63,452 bases of DNA from Candidatus Omnitrophota bacterium (lineage in GTDB: Bacteria; Omnitrophota; Gorgyraeia; Tantalellales; Tantalellaceae), in contig JBAROI010000095.1 in NCBI GenBank assembly GCA_049642015.1, positions 1-63,452 on the forward strand, read 5' to 3'. Position 1 is the stretch's first letter, and each line of letters begins with the position of its first letter. This document shows, piece by piece, positions 38,101 through 50,100 of this stretch. Position numbers and translations under genes: made by a program. The notes beneath the pieces are model-generated. The model was not told the origin of the DNA. It worked only from the letters and a program-made list of their open reading frames with translations, and made no database searches.

Positions 38101-41100
38101 GATAGAGACGGAGAGCGTAATGTGCGCGCCACGCATCCTTCCATTTCCGTCCGACTTTATCATCATCGGGTATTCCGTATCTTTTCATTTTTTCCTTTAG
38201 ATATTCCTCGATCGCCTCTTCGCCGATCTTTCCCTCATATACAAGTTTAGATATAATATATTCAAGAAAGACCGACCTTCCTTCCCTGCTTTCCCTTATT
38301 TGTTTATCTATTAACGCGTGCGCCAGTTCATGAAGTTTCGCCATTTTACTGGCAATTTTATCATCCTTCTCTAATCGACTTGATGCTTCGTCTTTTTTAT
38401 TCGTACCCCCGAACGGCTTTAAAACGGCAACAAGGTTCCTCGCCCCTATCCCCTCTATGCCGTAATCGTTGGGCTCTATGAGAAAAGCTTCTCCTTTAAA
38501 GACCGAATTGATAAACTCATTAAGCTGTACATTGATCCCTTCGTGCGAAGTTTCATAAAAATTATCGAATATATCCGGTGATGCTCTTTTAACTCTTAAT
38601 TTTATCTCTATCGGTTTTCCTTCCGGGTGCGTGATATCCACGGCTTGAAAAATCAAAACTCCCTCGCTGCTTCCTTCACTATCGGGCACAAATGTTATAT
38701 TGGAGAGGATCTTCCACTTGCCGATAAGGCCGGTAAGGAATGATTTGACGCACGGCGCTTTCGAAATAGCTTGTTGAATGGCGGAAAGAATAGCTTGGTT
38801 GTCCAGAATTTCTTTTGTAATGTCGAATTCTTTCAGTATTGTTTTGCGAAAAACACCATATACTACTTCTGCTTCTTTCACAACAAATGCCTTTAGGGGC
38901 TGGCCGATTATGCTTCCGGTTTTAGGGTCATATTTGTGCCAGACAAGTATTATCCCGAAGTTCGGCACATTGACAAGGGTGCCAAGAACAAAAACATCTT
39001 CTCCCTTTTTGGCCAATTTCTTTCCGATGTAATGGCTTGTTTTTGACGCCCTCCCGCTCTTGTCCAGCTTGCTGACAACATAACTTGTCCCGTCCTCCCG
39101 CGGCTTGATCCATTCTTCTCCTAATTGCCATCTTTTGATATCCGCCCATCCCAGGGTGCGGTCTTTTGCAATTCCCGCATTCAAATTATCGCCAATATGG
39201 TAGTTCACTGTAATATGATCGATCACTTTGCCTTTATCCTCTACAATTCCCACAATACCGTGATTGGGGTCTTCGACAAACCGCAAGGTCATACCCGCCT
39301 TCTTTTTAAAATATGTGCTACTGGAAAGGCCCGGCGTCTTCTCTTTTCCGGTAATAACGTAGCTTTCTGCACTTGCCAGGATGATATCGACCCATTCAGA
39401 TGTAAATACGTCCCTGAGAAAATACCGCAAGGCTTGTCTAAAAGCCTCGACTTTGAGTTCTTCCGGTGGCGGGGGAATAGTGACTTCCGGTGTTCGCTCA
39501 TCGGCTTTCGGCGTTTTTTCCCGACCCTCAATATCCACATATGGCGTAGAATCATTTATAGCGGTTACGGTGTTAAGGTCAAATTCCACAACCTTCAATA
39601 GTGCTTTATGAAGAACTTTTCCGGCGAAATTTTTACGCCACACAGGCGACATGGTCTTTCTTACAACATCACGATCGATTTTATTCCTGAAATAAGCCCT
39701 TGTCGCGGTATCAACTTCATCTTCAGGGTCTATCAGAGCCATTGCTACGCACTCCGTCAGATCTATGGCAAAATCCCGGGAAGGCAGATGAAGTCCGGGT
39801 TCAGGGAGATCTACTTCGACAAGTTTGGTATCCGGCTCGACCCCGGCCCTTAGGAATACGCCGTTTCCATTTACAAATATCCTTTTCACTTCTCGATTGT
39901 AGGCATCTTTTATTGTTTCACCCTCCGAAAGATCTTCAGGAAGCCACCAGTCTATCCCGCCTTCAAATTTCTCGAATGGTTTTTTCAGCTGAGATGCCGG
40001 AGTCAATACAACCACGTCAATATCCGAATGTTTCTTTAGATCCTTATCCTTTTTTCGGCGGTTATATAAAGAAGCCGCCGTGCTGCCAATGATAATACCT
40101 ACCGCGCCGTGCTCTTTCAATATCCTGTCAGCTTCTTTTAACCCCTCGAGACCTACTTTGGCCTCAGGTGGAACGGGGTCTTCTTTTTCGATCCTGATTG
40201 TAATCTTCATCAGCTGTTTAAGGGTCATCTTTAACTTCACATTGAGTTCTTCTATCATCTCCAGGCTCAATCGAGGACCTCCCATACCCATGCCCATCAT
40301 ACCAAGGAAGCTAAACACTATGATGCCTACCATAATCAACGGAACAATCACCCAGGAAGCCCCTATCCCCTGTCCCAGCTGCAACCCCACCTCGGCAGCT
40401 TGAACTAGCCGCGGAGTAAGAAGACCGGCAAGCAGGATCCCCAGGATCGTCCTGCCGGACAATAGCTTTTGTAAAGGACCCGGGACATGCATGCTGAAAG
40501 TGGTCCACCCGTTTTCTATCGAATAGGCCAGACTCCCGCCTGCCTTCTCGGCGGTCTCCCTAGCTATGGCTATGCCCCTTCCCGTGCAGGAAAAGGCCCG
40601 GGTAGCAACGGCATCCCCGTCAAAACGTCCTTCCTCGACCAAGGATACTATGTCAGGAGACGATACATAGCTTTCCTTTATTCTGGCAAGGTGATACTGG
40701 TCAGGTACTGAATCGTTACTGACGGCGATCTTGATGTTTTGATCGTTTATTTCCCACTGTATTCTGAGCTTCGTTATCTTATATCCCTCTTCAAGGTACT
40801 GTCTTACTATTTTATATTTTTCTTCACCCTTCATATCTTTTCTTGCTATAAAGCTCTCGACGCTTCCGTATTTATCCGTAAAACGCATGAATCCTTTTGC
40901 CTTCATCGCATTCATCATGATCTCATGGAAAAACGAATCAAGGGCCACTTCCGCATCTTCACTATACCCGTGCTTCGAAAGAAGTGATCCCAGCGCCACT
41001 CGTAACCCAAATATCGTCTTATACTTTCCGCCGGAAAGATCCGCAAAAGAGACCGCCCCCGAATCAGTAATTTCTATAACCGGCTCCCCGGGAACATCTT

Positions 41101-44100
41101 CCTGTTCCGCAGAAGGCGGGCCCCTGGTTTCCGGGACACTTTCTTCAAAGAGATATCCCGCTGAACCGAAGAATCTGAATATTGAAAGAAGCTGCTTGGG
41201 TATTCTAATTTTATGTTTTTCGAGGATGTTAAAGAGCTTTAGTATCTTATTCACGGCGCTGCCCTTTGACTTGATGACTCCGGTGTCAATTTCACTCTTT
41301 AACTCTTCAGATACGGGGCTGAATGTCCGCACAGCAGAAACAATGGTACTCAAATCGTTATTTTTTACGCCATTAATGATATCGCGCAGATTTCTCTGAT
41401 TCTCATCATTGATCTCACTGCAGGAGCCAAGGTCAATAAAGACTATCGTCTTTCCGTCATCCTTCAGGAAGATATTTCCGCTATGGGGGTCGGAGTGGTA
41501 AAAACCGTCCACGAATATCTGGCGCAGGAGCTCATTGGCTATCGCCCTCCTTATTTCTACCGGGATGTATTCCATGTCGCTCAGCTTTACGCCGTCCACG
41601 AATTCCTCGATCATGATGGAATTGTTACCTGCATCGATTGCTTGCGGCACCTCGAACCTATATGAACCGGATTGGGGCAGGTAATTCCATTTGCCCGTAA
41701 AATACATCGCTACCGCTTTTACAAACCTCTTCAAACCTCTCCACGGATGGAACCTTGTCCTGAGATTCCTCGCAAGCCTCTTCTGGTTTTTAGCCTCGCG
41801 GTTAAAGTCCATTTCTTCGTTGATCATCTCTTCGATGCGCTCAAACATATCATCCGGCAGGCTTATATCCCGCTGCGCAAGATCATCCCGGATATCCCCA
41901 AGGGCCCTCCTGAAGAAAGCCAGGTCGCTCTCTATCTTCTTTTGCGCTTCCGGCCTTTTGACCTTGATAACACCCTTCCTGCCGTTCTTCAACAAAGCTT
42001 TATAAACGGATTTGATCGACGCGCTTCCTACTTCTTCGCCCAGGGATCTGAACTTTTTATAAAAACCGCCGAAGAACTTCTTTATGGCGTCAAAGACAAC
42101 TCCCTTATTGAGGGGCTTTGCGCTATCCTTGAGGCCTTGCAGGGCCTTCTTTATGGGGCCCTCGTCTATCAGGCCGGAACTGACAAGAAACTGGCCCAGC
42201 TTTACACCCACCACTCCCAGTGATTCCAGAAAGATGCGTATGACTGCCGCTTCTTTTTCCTCTCCGGAAAGACCTTCGGCCCGGGAAAGCTGGGACAATT
42301 TCTTGATCATCGCAAGGATAACCTCTTCTCTTCTGAGCTCGTCCGTAGTGGTATCGGTATCTCTTTTCCTGAATACGCTGTCGTAAATAGTTTTAAAGAT
42401 GCTGCCGGTTTTCCCCGGGAGAACAGCATCAAAGAGCGCATCAAGAAATTCCCTTGAGGCATTATCGTCAGCAAGGATCCCCTTCTCCCCATACAAGAAG
42501 CTAACGAAAAAGTCGTCAAGCTCGCTTGTGCCAACGCCCTTATAGTGCTTTCCTTCTTTGCCGGAGAACCTATCCTTTAAAGAATCAAGTTTGACTCTCA
42601 TCTCATACTCAAAATAGACCATGTTGTATGGTTTTTCATCCCGCAGGCCCATGAACCACAAAAGTAAATCTTTTTTATCCGAGGGATTCATGGCCTTGAT
42701 CGCTTCCCTTATCGCGTCTTCATAAAACGTAAACTGGGATTGCGTTTTTTTCCTGAGATTGTCCGGGTGCTGAAGCATGAGACTGTTTATAAGATCTCCG
42801 TCTTCCGGCGTCAGAGCACAAGACTGCACATTAAGAAGGATATCGTCACGGTTAAAGCAAAGATAAGGAAAATAATGTGTTACGCGTTCAAGCTCTCCTT
42901 CAAGCGCCTCAAACTTCTCCGGGGATTCTTCTCTTTCCATCTCGAGCGCTCTAAGGGCGAACTTCTCCCTTATATGCGGGTTGTAAAATAAAGGAAGGGC
43001 TTCATCTATGTCCCGGATGGAGGGCTCGCCCTTTTCCAAAACCTCCCTGAGGTGGTTGTCTCTCGTATTAGACGGCCTCGCAAGTAATCCGGAAATAAGC
43101 CTTATCTTGTCTTTCGTTTCTATCGGCTTAGTAAGCATTTCCGCGAGAATGCCTGACGCTAATTCAGGTACCATTAGATCGAATTGCGCCAGTATCCCGC
43201 CGGGCTCCGCCCGGTACAGGCCAGGGTAAGACGCGAATTCTCCGTCATGCGCGGCGATAATGCTAGCTTCAGCGATCCTGGCATCATCTTTGGTGCTTTT
43301 GTAGGCTACATTTGCCATAACACCCAGGTTCTCCTCTTCTATCTTTTTGTCTTTTGAAAGAAGCGGAATAATTCTTTGCGTCAAAAGTTCCAGGAACTGT
43401 TGTTTTTTTGACTCGTCAAGAGAGGCGATCTTCCCTGAAATACTTGCCGCGTCATAAATGGCATCATCTTCGATCCGGACCCCCCATTCATCCCTTAACT
43501 TTTTCTCGACGAGTAGGCAATAGAGGATGAAATTTCTGTATGGTGAAGGAGGAACGATGCGCGCAAGATCGTTAAGGATCTCATCAAAACTTCTCTGCGA
43601 ATCGCGTATTATGCCGACAAAGCCTCTCACCTCATCTTCTGACACATGCCGTGAACGGTTAAAACGGGTTACGTCTACCGAGCTCGTTGGGTCTCCAAGG
43701 TCTCTCTGTCGGGAAACTTCCCCTGGGAAGTATTCCCGCGGAAAAAATACTTCCAGAATAGGACTGTCTACCTCGGACACACCCCCGGGTCCGTAATAAC
43801 CATCGAATTCTCTGGCAGGCATTTTTTTTCCGGTAATACGAATCGAAAATACTTGGATCTGTAAAGGTAAGATATAAAAATTCCAAAGCTCGTCTTTTTC
43901 CTTATTCTTATGTCTTGCTGCATAATAATGGAGAGGTACCTCTTGGACGATCTTGTAAAGCACGCTTTTAGGGTCTGACCCAAAGCGTTTAATATGCTCA
44001 TAAAGAACCAAAAGATCCCGTTCGCTCAAATCCTCTTCAAGAACAATCCTGCGGAATATCCTTTCATCGGCTATTCCGCCCTTTGAATAAAAATATATTA

Positions 44101-47100
44101 ATAGTTTTACATCCGGATGGACGGAAGGATCAAGATGAATACCCTGGCGTGCAAGCTTTTCTTCGATCAAAGAAATAGGGATCCTTTTTACTCTTTTGAA
44201 AACGCTGCGTGCTATATCTCCTCCCGTGGTAAATTCATGAGTTTCCACATCGTAAAGGTCTGTTCTTTCAAGGAGCCAGTCAACAACTTCCATCTGCTTT
44301 TCAGGAGAAAATGAAAAAAGTGGCGTTTCATCTTCGTCTACCAGTCCGATAATAGGAAGCAAGTGCTCCCACACGTTGACGCCTGAACGCTTAAACAGGT
44401 ATTCAGCATTGCCAAGCCTGCTAAATATCGTCTCTGGATTGATATCTCCAAACCATTCAGTGAACGCGTGTTCGATGCTCCCTGGAAAATCTTTGCGTGA
44501 ATGGAAAAAATAACTAAAAGCACTAAGCCAAAAACGGTCTTTTAACGCACTTTTTTCGCCTCTGTCTTCGCATAACCATCCCCAGACCAAAGAGCTTATT
44601 TCCGGACCTGCCTCTATTAGAAGATCAAACATAGCATGCACAACAGGAGAATGCTGATATGAATCGAGATCGAGCACGGTTATCCTGTCAGCAAGAGATA
44701 ATAGCTCCCTTACGTCTTCAGGTGTGAGGTTATTTACGATTTCGAGTTCACCTAAAATGCCTCCCAGGATGCTCTGTTGCGCTTGTAGAATCGCACTGGG
44801 CCCCTCGTTTCCTACAAAACTGTCCCAGGAGACGGCATCCATGACTGCCATCTGCTTTTTCCACTTCTCAAGCCCTTCTACCGCGGACCTAACGTCTTTG
44901 ATCCTTCCCGGATCCTGTTTGACCATTTCCGTCATTTTTTCTTCCAAAGTATAAGGTATAACCCCTAGTAAAAACTTATTCATGAGCCCTTGGAAGAATG
45001 ATTTAAGACGAGGCTCCATCTCATAAGGAAGGCGCGCCTTAAGCGCGGAAAGTATATTATCAAGGCCGATCCTTTCGGCAATGGCCCGCTCTGCTTCACG
45101 GTTCAAGTTGCCTTCCATGGTACCTAATTCAAAGAATATCCGGAAAAGTTCTATCATACTCTTATCTTCCCCCGCAACGCGGGAGGCCTGCTCTTCAAAA
45201 GCCGACCGAATTCGTCTCTGCGCCTCTTCGTCGTGCGCAAGTGGACGTTCCTCAGGGCTTCTCTCTTCTGTCGGAAAAACATACATTATGAGAAAATCAA
45301 GCGCGAGAAACAGCTTTTCCGGCGAATCGGACCTTCTTATAAGTTCCAGTGCGGTATCAATGTCCTGTAATCTTAAATTAGGATGAGGATATTGCGGATA
45401 AACCCAATCTTTGAACTCTCTGTTCCTTGTCTTGAGATTTACCGCTTCTTTGAACTCTTCGCTGAATTCTGTCGGATCATTGTAGTAAGAAGGCCAGTGA
45501 AGACCGTTAACTTGTTTTTCCAGCTTCCTTATCCTTTCATCGGTCAACGGGTGAGAAAGCATGGTGAGGATCATTTGAAGCGCTGACTGTCCTCTTTCTC
45601 TTTCACGAAAGGCCTTCATCATGTCAAGCGCGCCCCTTACTGTATAACCCGCTTTATCTATTGTCGAAAGTGACTCTATATCCGCCTGGTATTCGTCGGC
45701 ATGCCGCCCTTGTAATTTTTGTATAGCGTCCCACGAATGGAAATCCCTTGGGAACGTGAGCTCTTTTCCTTCAAAAATGTCGTCAACAAACTGGTCAACA
45801 TGCGCAAGCTCATGCGCTAATATGTGCGCAAAACTGTCAACCGTCCCTCCGTTATCTACCACGAACCTGATGAGTCCCATGTTGATGCATACCGTGTTTG
45901 AATAAGGCAGGACAAATCCCCGCGGATAAGAATAACCGTCATCCAGTATCACGAGGTTAAAATCATCCGGATCGTATCCCCTGGCTTTTAAGGCCCTGTC
46001 AAAAACCTCCCGCGTATCGCTGTAAAACGCCTTGAATCGTTCATCTGATGGGTCAACGGTCCCCATGGTAGAATCCCAGTTCTCAATAAGCTGACCGTAA
46101 AAATCATTATTCGCAAGAATAGTCTCAAGCTGTTTTTCCAGGAGCTTCACCTGATCAGGATTCTGCCTCTTCCATTCATCCAGTTTATCGAGCGGTATGT
46201 TTTTACGCGAAGCAACCATCCGCCAGAGGATATCCTCATCAGCAAGCTTGTAACGATATTCTTCCGCGCCGGTTTGTTTCCTGGCGGTCCACGCGCGGTA
46301 GATCCTGTAAGCAAGGTACGCGAAAAGAAGCCCGCCCACGACTATAGCGAAAGTGGTCCACGAAAAATCCAATGTCTGCTCGCCGAGAAAGAGAGGCATG
46401 GCAAAAAATGCGGAGCTGTCTTTTTTGGGCGGAGTTGAGAGCTCTCCCGCCTTAAGGGCTAAATGGATACTGTTGAAAAGTCTGACTGCGGGAATGTCCT
46501 CCTCTTCGATCTTGCCTGTCTCACAAAAATTACGGGGGATATATGCGACTCCTCTTTCGCTATAATTATGTCCTTCGGAAAAATTGATCCACACATGTCC
46601 GGGGTCGTTCCCCAGTTTATAAATATCTACGCTACGATACTCAGGAAATCGGCTTTGGACCCGCTCCGCGGTAACGGACCCGTAATAAGCAATAACAAAG
46701 TTGTCCCTTTCAAGGCCCAGCATCTTTACGAGTCCTTCAACGGCGTTAAAAGTGTCTTCGCTGTCAACTTTAAGGATCAATTTCGCGCCCTTACCCTTAA
46801 GAAACCACTTCAAATCGATGTGCCCGCTATCGTCAATGTAATCTAAGATCTCCTCTATTGGGCCGCTATATAGATCAAGAATTGAGCAAAAGATGAAAAA
46901 GTAGTACGGATTAAAAACAAACAGCTTTCGCAAGGCATCATGATCAATGGAAGTATCTTTCAGAGCATTTAAAGACCGCTGAACGCGCATTTTTGTTCCT
47001 GAAAGCACGTCCACGGCGCGCCACACGTCCCAGGGTTTCTTCAAAATCGCCTCTTTTAAAACATCGATTCCGATAAGCTCGGAATTGGCAAGTATCCTTA

Positions 47101-50100
47101 TAAACTGTTTATGCCCGGAAAGTCTGGAGATCAAAAGATCAAAGTCGCCTCTCTTGCCCTTGAAAAACGGTTCAAGTTCATTCTTTAATGCTTCAAAGGC
47201 CGCGTCACCGGACCTGAAGTGTTTTTGTCTCTTTCTTTTTTCGGGTGAAGGTTTTGCTTTTTCGCGGTCTTTCGTTTTTTCCTCATTCAACACTTGCCTG
47301 AATATTTTTATCGCCGGTGCCGGACTTACGTTCATCGTCCTGGCCATGGTTTCAATTACACCTTTTGCCTCTTCGATGTCCTTACGAAAAGCGTCTTTCC
47401 TTTGTTTCTCCGGCAAGTCAAGCCTGAATGTATCGTAATCAAAAAGTGTGAGCGGATTGTGATTATGCGGAATGTTAAAAACGCCGCCGTACTGATTGAA
47501 CGTGCAGCCATTAAACTCATTATGGAGGATATGCAGGAACAGGCCATACCTTGCCGCAGCGCCTTTAAGAACTTCCTGGGCCATTTCTTCATACGGAACT
47601 GCTTTTCCATCTTTCGTCGCTTTCCGGACATCACCGTTGCTGTCATAATCGACTTTGTACCCGTAATATTCAAAAAAGGACCTCAGGTCAAGCTTTCCAT
47701 ATACTTCGCTCATCCTCTCGTTGCAGGGAACATCATACACGTATATAACGGGCTCCCTTTCTTCCGGATGTCCTTTTTTGGGAATACCTATAAAGTCCAG
47801 ATAATCTTCAGTCGGGATCAGTTTCACCTGGGGCGGCATTTCAAGTTCTTTGGGGACTCTTCTGGCCGTGGGCAATTTTTTGGCCCCTTTCTTTTCTTTA
47901 TCGGCCACAATTGCAGGAAAAGCCAGGACATCCGCCTCTACTACCGGCCTCCTTATCATGTCTATCCGGGCTCCGTGCTGTTTTGCAAAAGTCATAGCGG
48001 GGTTACCGGCTTTTTCAAGGCGTTCGAACGCTTCTCTGAGTACAACATCAACTTCTATGGAGGCTTCCGATCTGGGTAGTCCCCCATGCAGGAGATGAAC
48101 GCCACTGCCCTTTCTCACTCCCACCAGGACCCCGGACTGATTAGTTGCCATGGAAGCTCCTGTTCCTTTATATACAACCATATGTCCCTCCGATAAGTAA
48201 TAATGATGGGCCCTATTGTGCTCATCGCTGAACGAAAAGGACAAGGGGTTTTTCATGGGGAAGTAATACCTTTTCCCTATTTTCTTTATGCGTCCGGCGC
48301 GCACTTCTCTTTCGAGAAGCTCCCTTGAAATAATACTTATGCTCTTTCCACTTGTCTCTTCGTCCTTCTTTGTGTTTATTTCTACGGGAACATAAAAATA
48401 GTTCCCCAGCATCCTGAGTTCCGCGACCATTCTTTTCATTTCATCTTTGGTTCTTTCTTTAGAGGTCACGGCAGGAATATACTGGCCCAGTATCGAAGAA
48501 AATGACAATTGATACATCTCAAGGGTAGGAGCAAGCTCAAGGGCTTTTCTGAATTCTCCGGCTGATCCTACGGCCTTTGCGGTCTCCTGGAGGGCCGTCC
48601 CGACGCTGTTAACATTAAATGCTTTTTGTTCCGCAAAAATGGCCGTTTGGAATTCTATCGCCGCTTCAAGGGCATCCGGAAGATCTCTTTTCGATCTTGA
48701 CGCTTTTATTGCCGCGGGAGCGGCGTATCTCAGGTAAAAGTGATGAGCTGGATTGACGCTATGAGGAGTATTGGTCTGTGGGATCATTTTGAGCAATCTC
48801 TGGAGAACCATCTCGAGCTTGTCAATCGACTTTGCAGCCTCGGCTGCATGTATAAGGCCGTCATCCAAAAAACGGCCTATTTCTAATTCACCGCGGATCG
48901 CTTCCAGATCGATCAGAAATTTCTTAACAACTTCGATAGCTTTTAAAAAATTCTCTTCGGATTTTGATGTCACTGTTGCCGCCGGAACACCACATTTGAG
49001 AAAGATCTCCGGATTCACACCTTCTTTGCAGAGTGAATCAGCGGCCTCCAAGGCCGCTATAAGATCTTTTTCAGTTCTTACACATGTACTGCCCCAGAAA
49101 ACCCCGCGCTCAAGAACCCCCTCACCGGCAAAAATCCTTTCCGAAACTGTTATCACGAGCTTTTCCATAGACTCGAGGACTTTTATGAATCCTTCTTCCG
49201 ACTTGATCGCATTTATTGCCGCCGGGAAAACACGCTGAATGGTAATATCAGAAATGTTAGCCCCTGCCTTTTCATAAATGTTAGAAGTAAATGTCCGGAT
49301 GGCGTCGAGAAGTCTTTCGAGGCCTTCCCTTGACCGGGAGAACATTGCCGCCTGTATAATGATAAAATCGAACTGGGAAGGAACTTCTTTTCCGGCAAAA
49401 AGAGACGCTTTCATCTCTTCTATTTTTGGCCTGAAAAGGGCCACCCTTTCTTCATCCGGCATATCTTCCCATTTTCTTTCCTCAGCCGCCGCAGAAGCCC
49501 TTTTCCTCTCTTTTAGAAATACAGTAGCACGTGTACCTATCACCCCTTTACGGTCGTCTTCAATGCTTTTCTTTTCGTATCCCCACTCCCCTTTGATCAG
49601 TTTTATTCCTTGGTCACGGATATTCTCCTGATCGCCATTCACTGCCGCTACCATGCGCTTATCCGCGTCACCGGGCTTTGCCGCGTCAAAAACATCGAGC
49701 CTTTCCGCCTTTCCCTTGCCATCTAACTTTATGTGCATAAAAACAGGGAGAGAAAGATCAAACTTATTCCCGTGCTCTAAAGCATTTTTAAGCAGCTCTT
49801 TGATGGGAAAGACAATATCATGAGTATCTTTACTGCTGAATTTCTTACTTAAGTCTCCGGCAAGAAATTCGAGTTGTTTTCTTATCTTTTTGTACGCGTT
49901 GTCAATATCCACAAAGTTATCGAATCTCAAAGAGATGAGTTTGCCCGACTCTATCGCTGCTATCACATCCTTAACAAGGCCCCAGCTCCCCTTCGTATCC
50001 AGCGGAACCTTGAATTCGGTTAATTCGCTCGCACCCGTTTCCTCCATCATACGTTTTTTAAGCAGGTCCGGCCGGGAGCCGTATTCAACATCCCTAATGA

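Noticed and set aside
47100-47700. A second degenerate kinase-like segment in the giant ORF (…GLFLHILHNEFNGCTFNQYGG…LTLFDYDTF…, aa ~1500-1650).
   Set aside because: The resemblance rests on two short motifs with non-canonical spacing. It is not strong enough to report as a domain without structure prediction.
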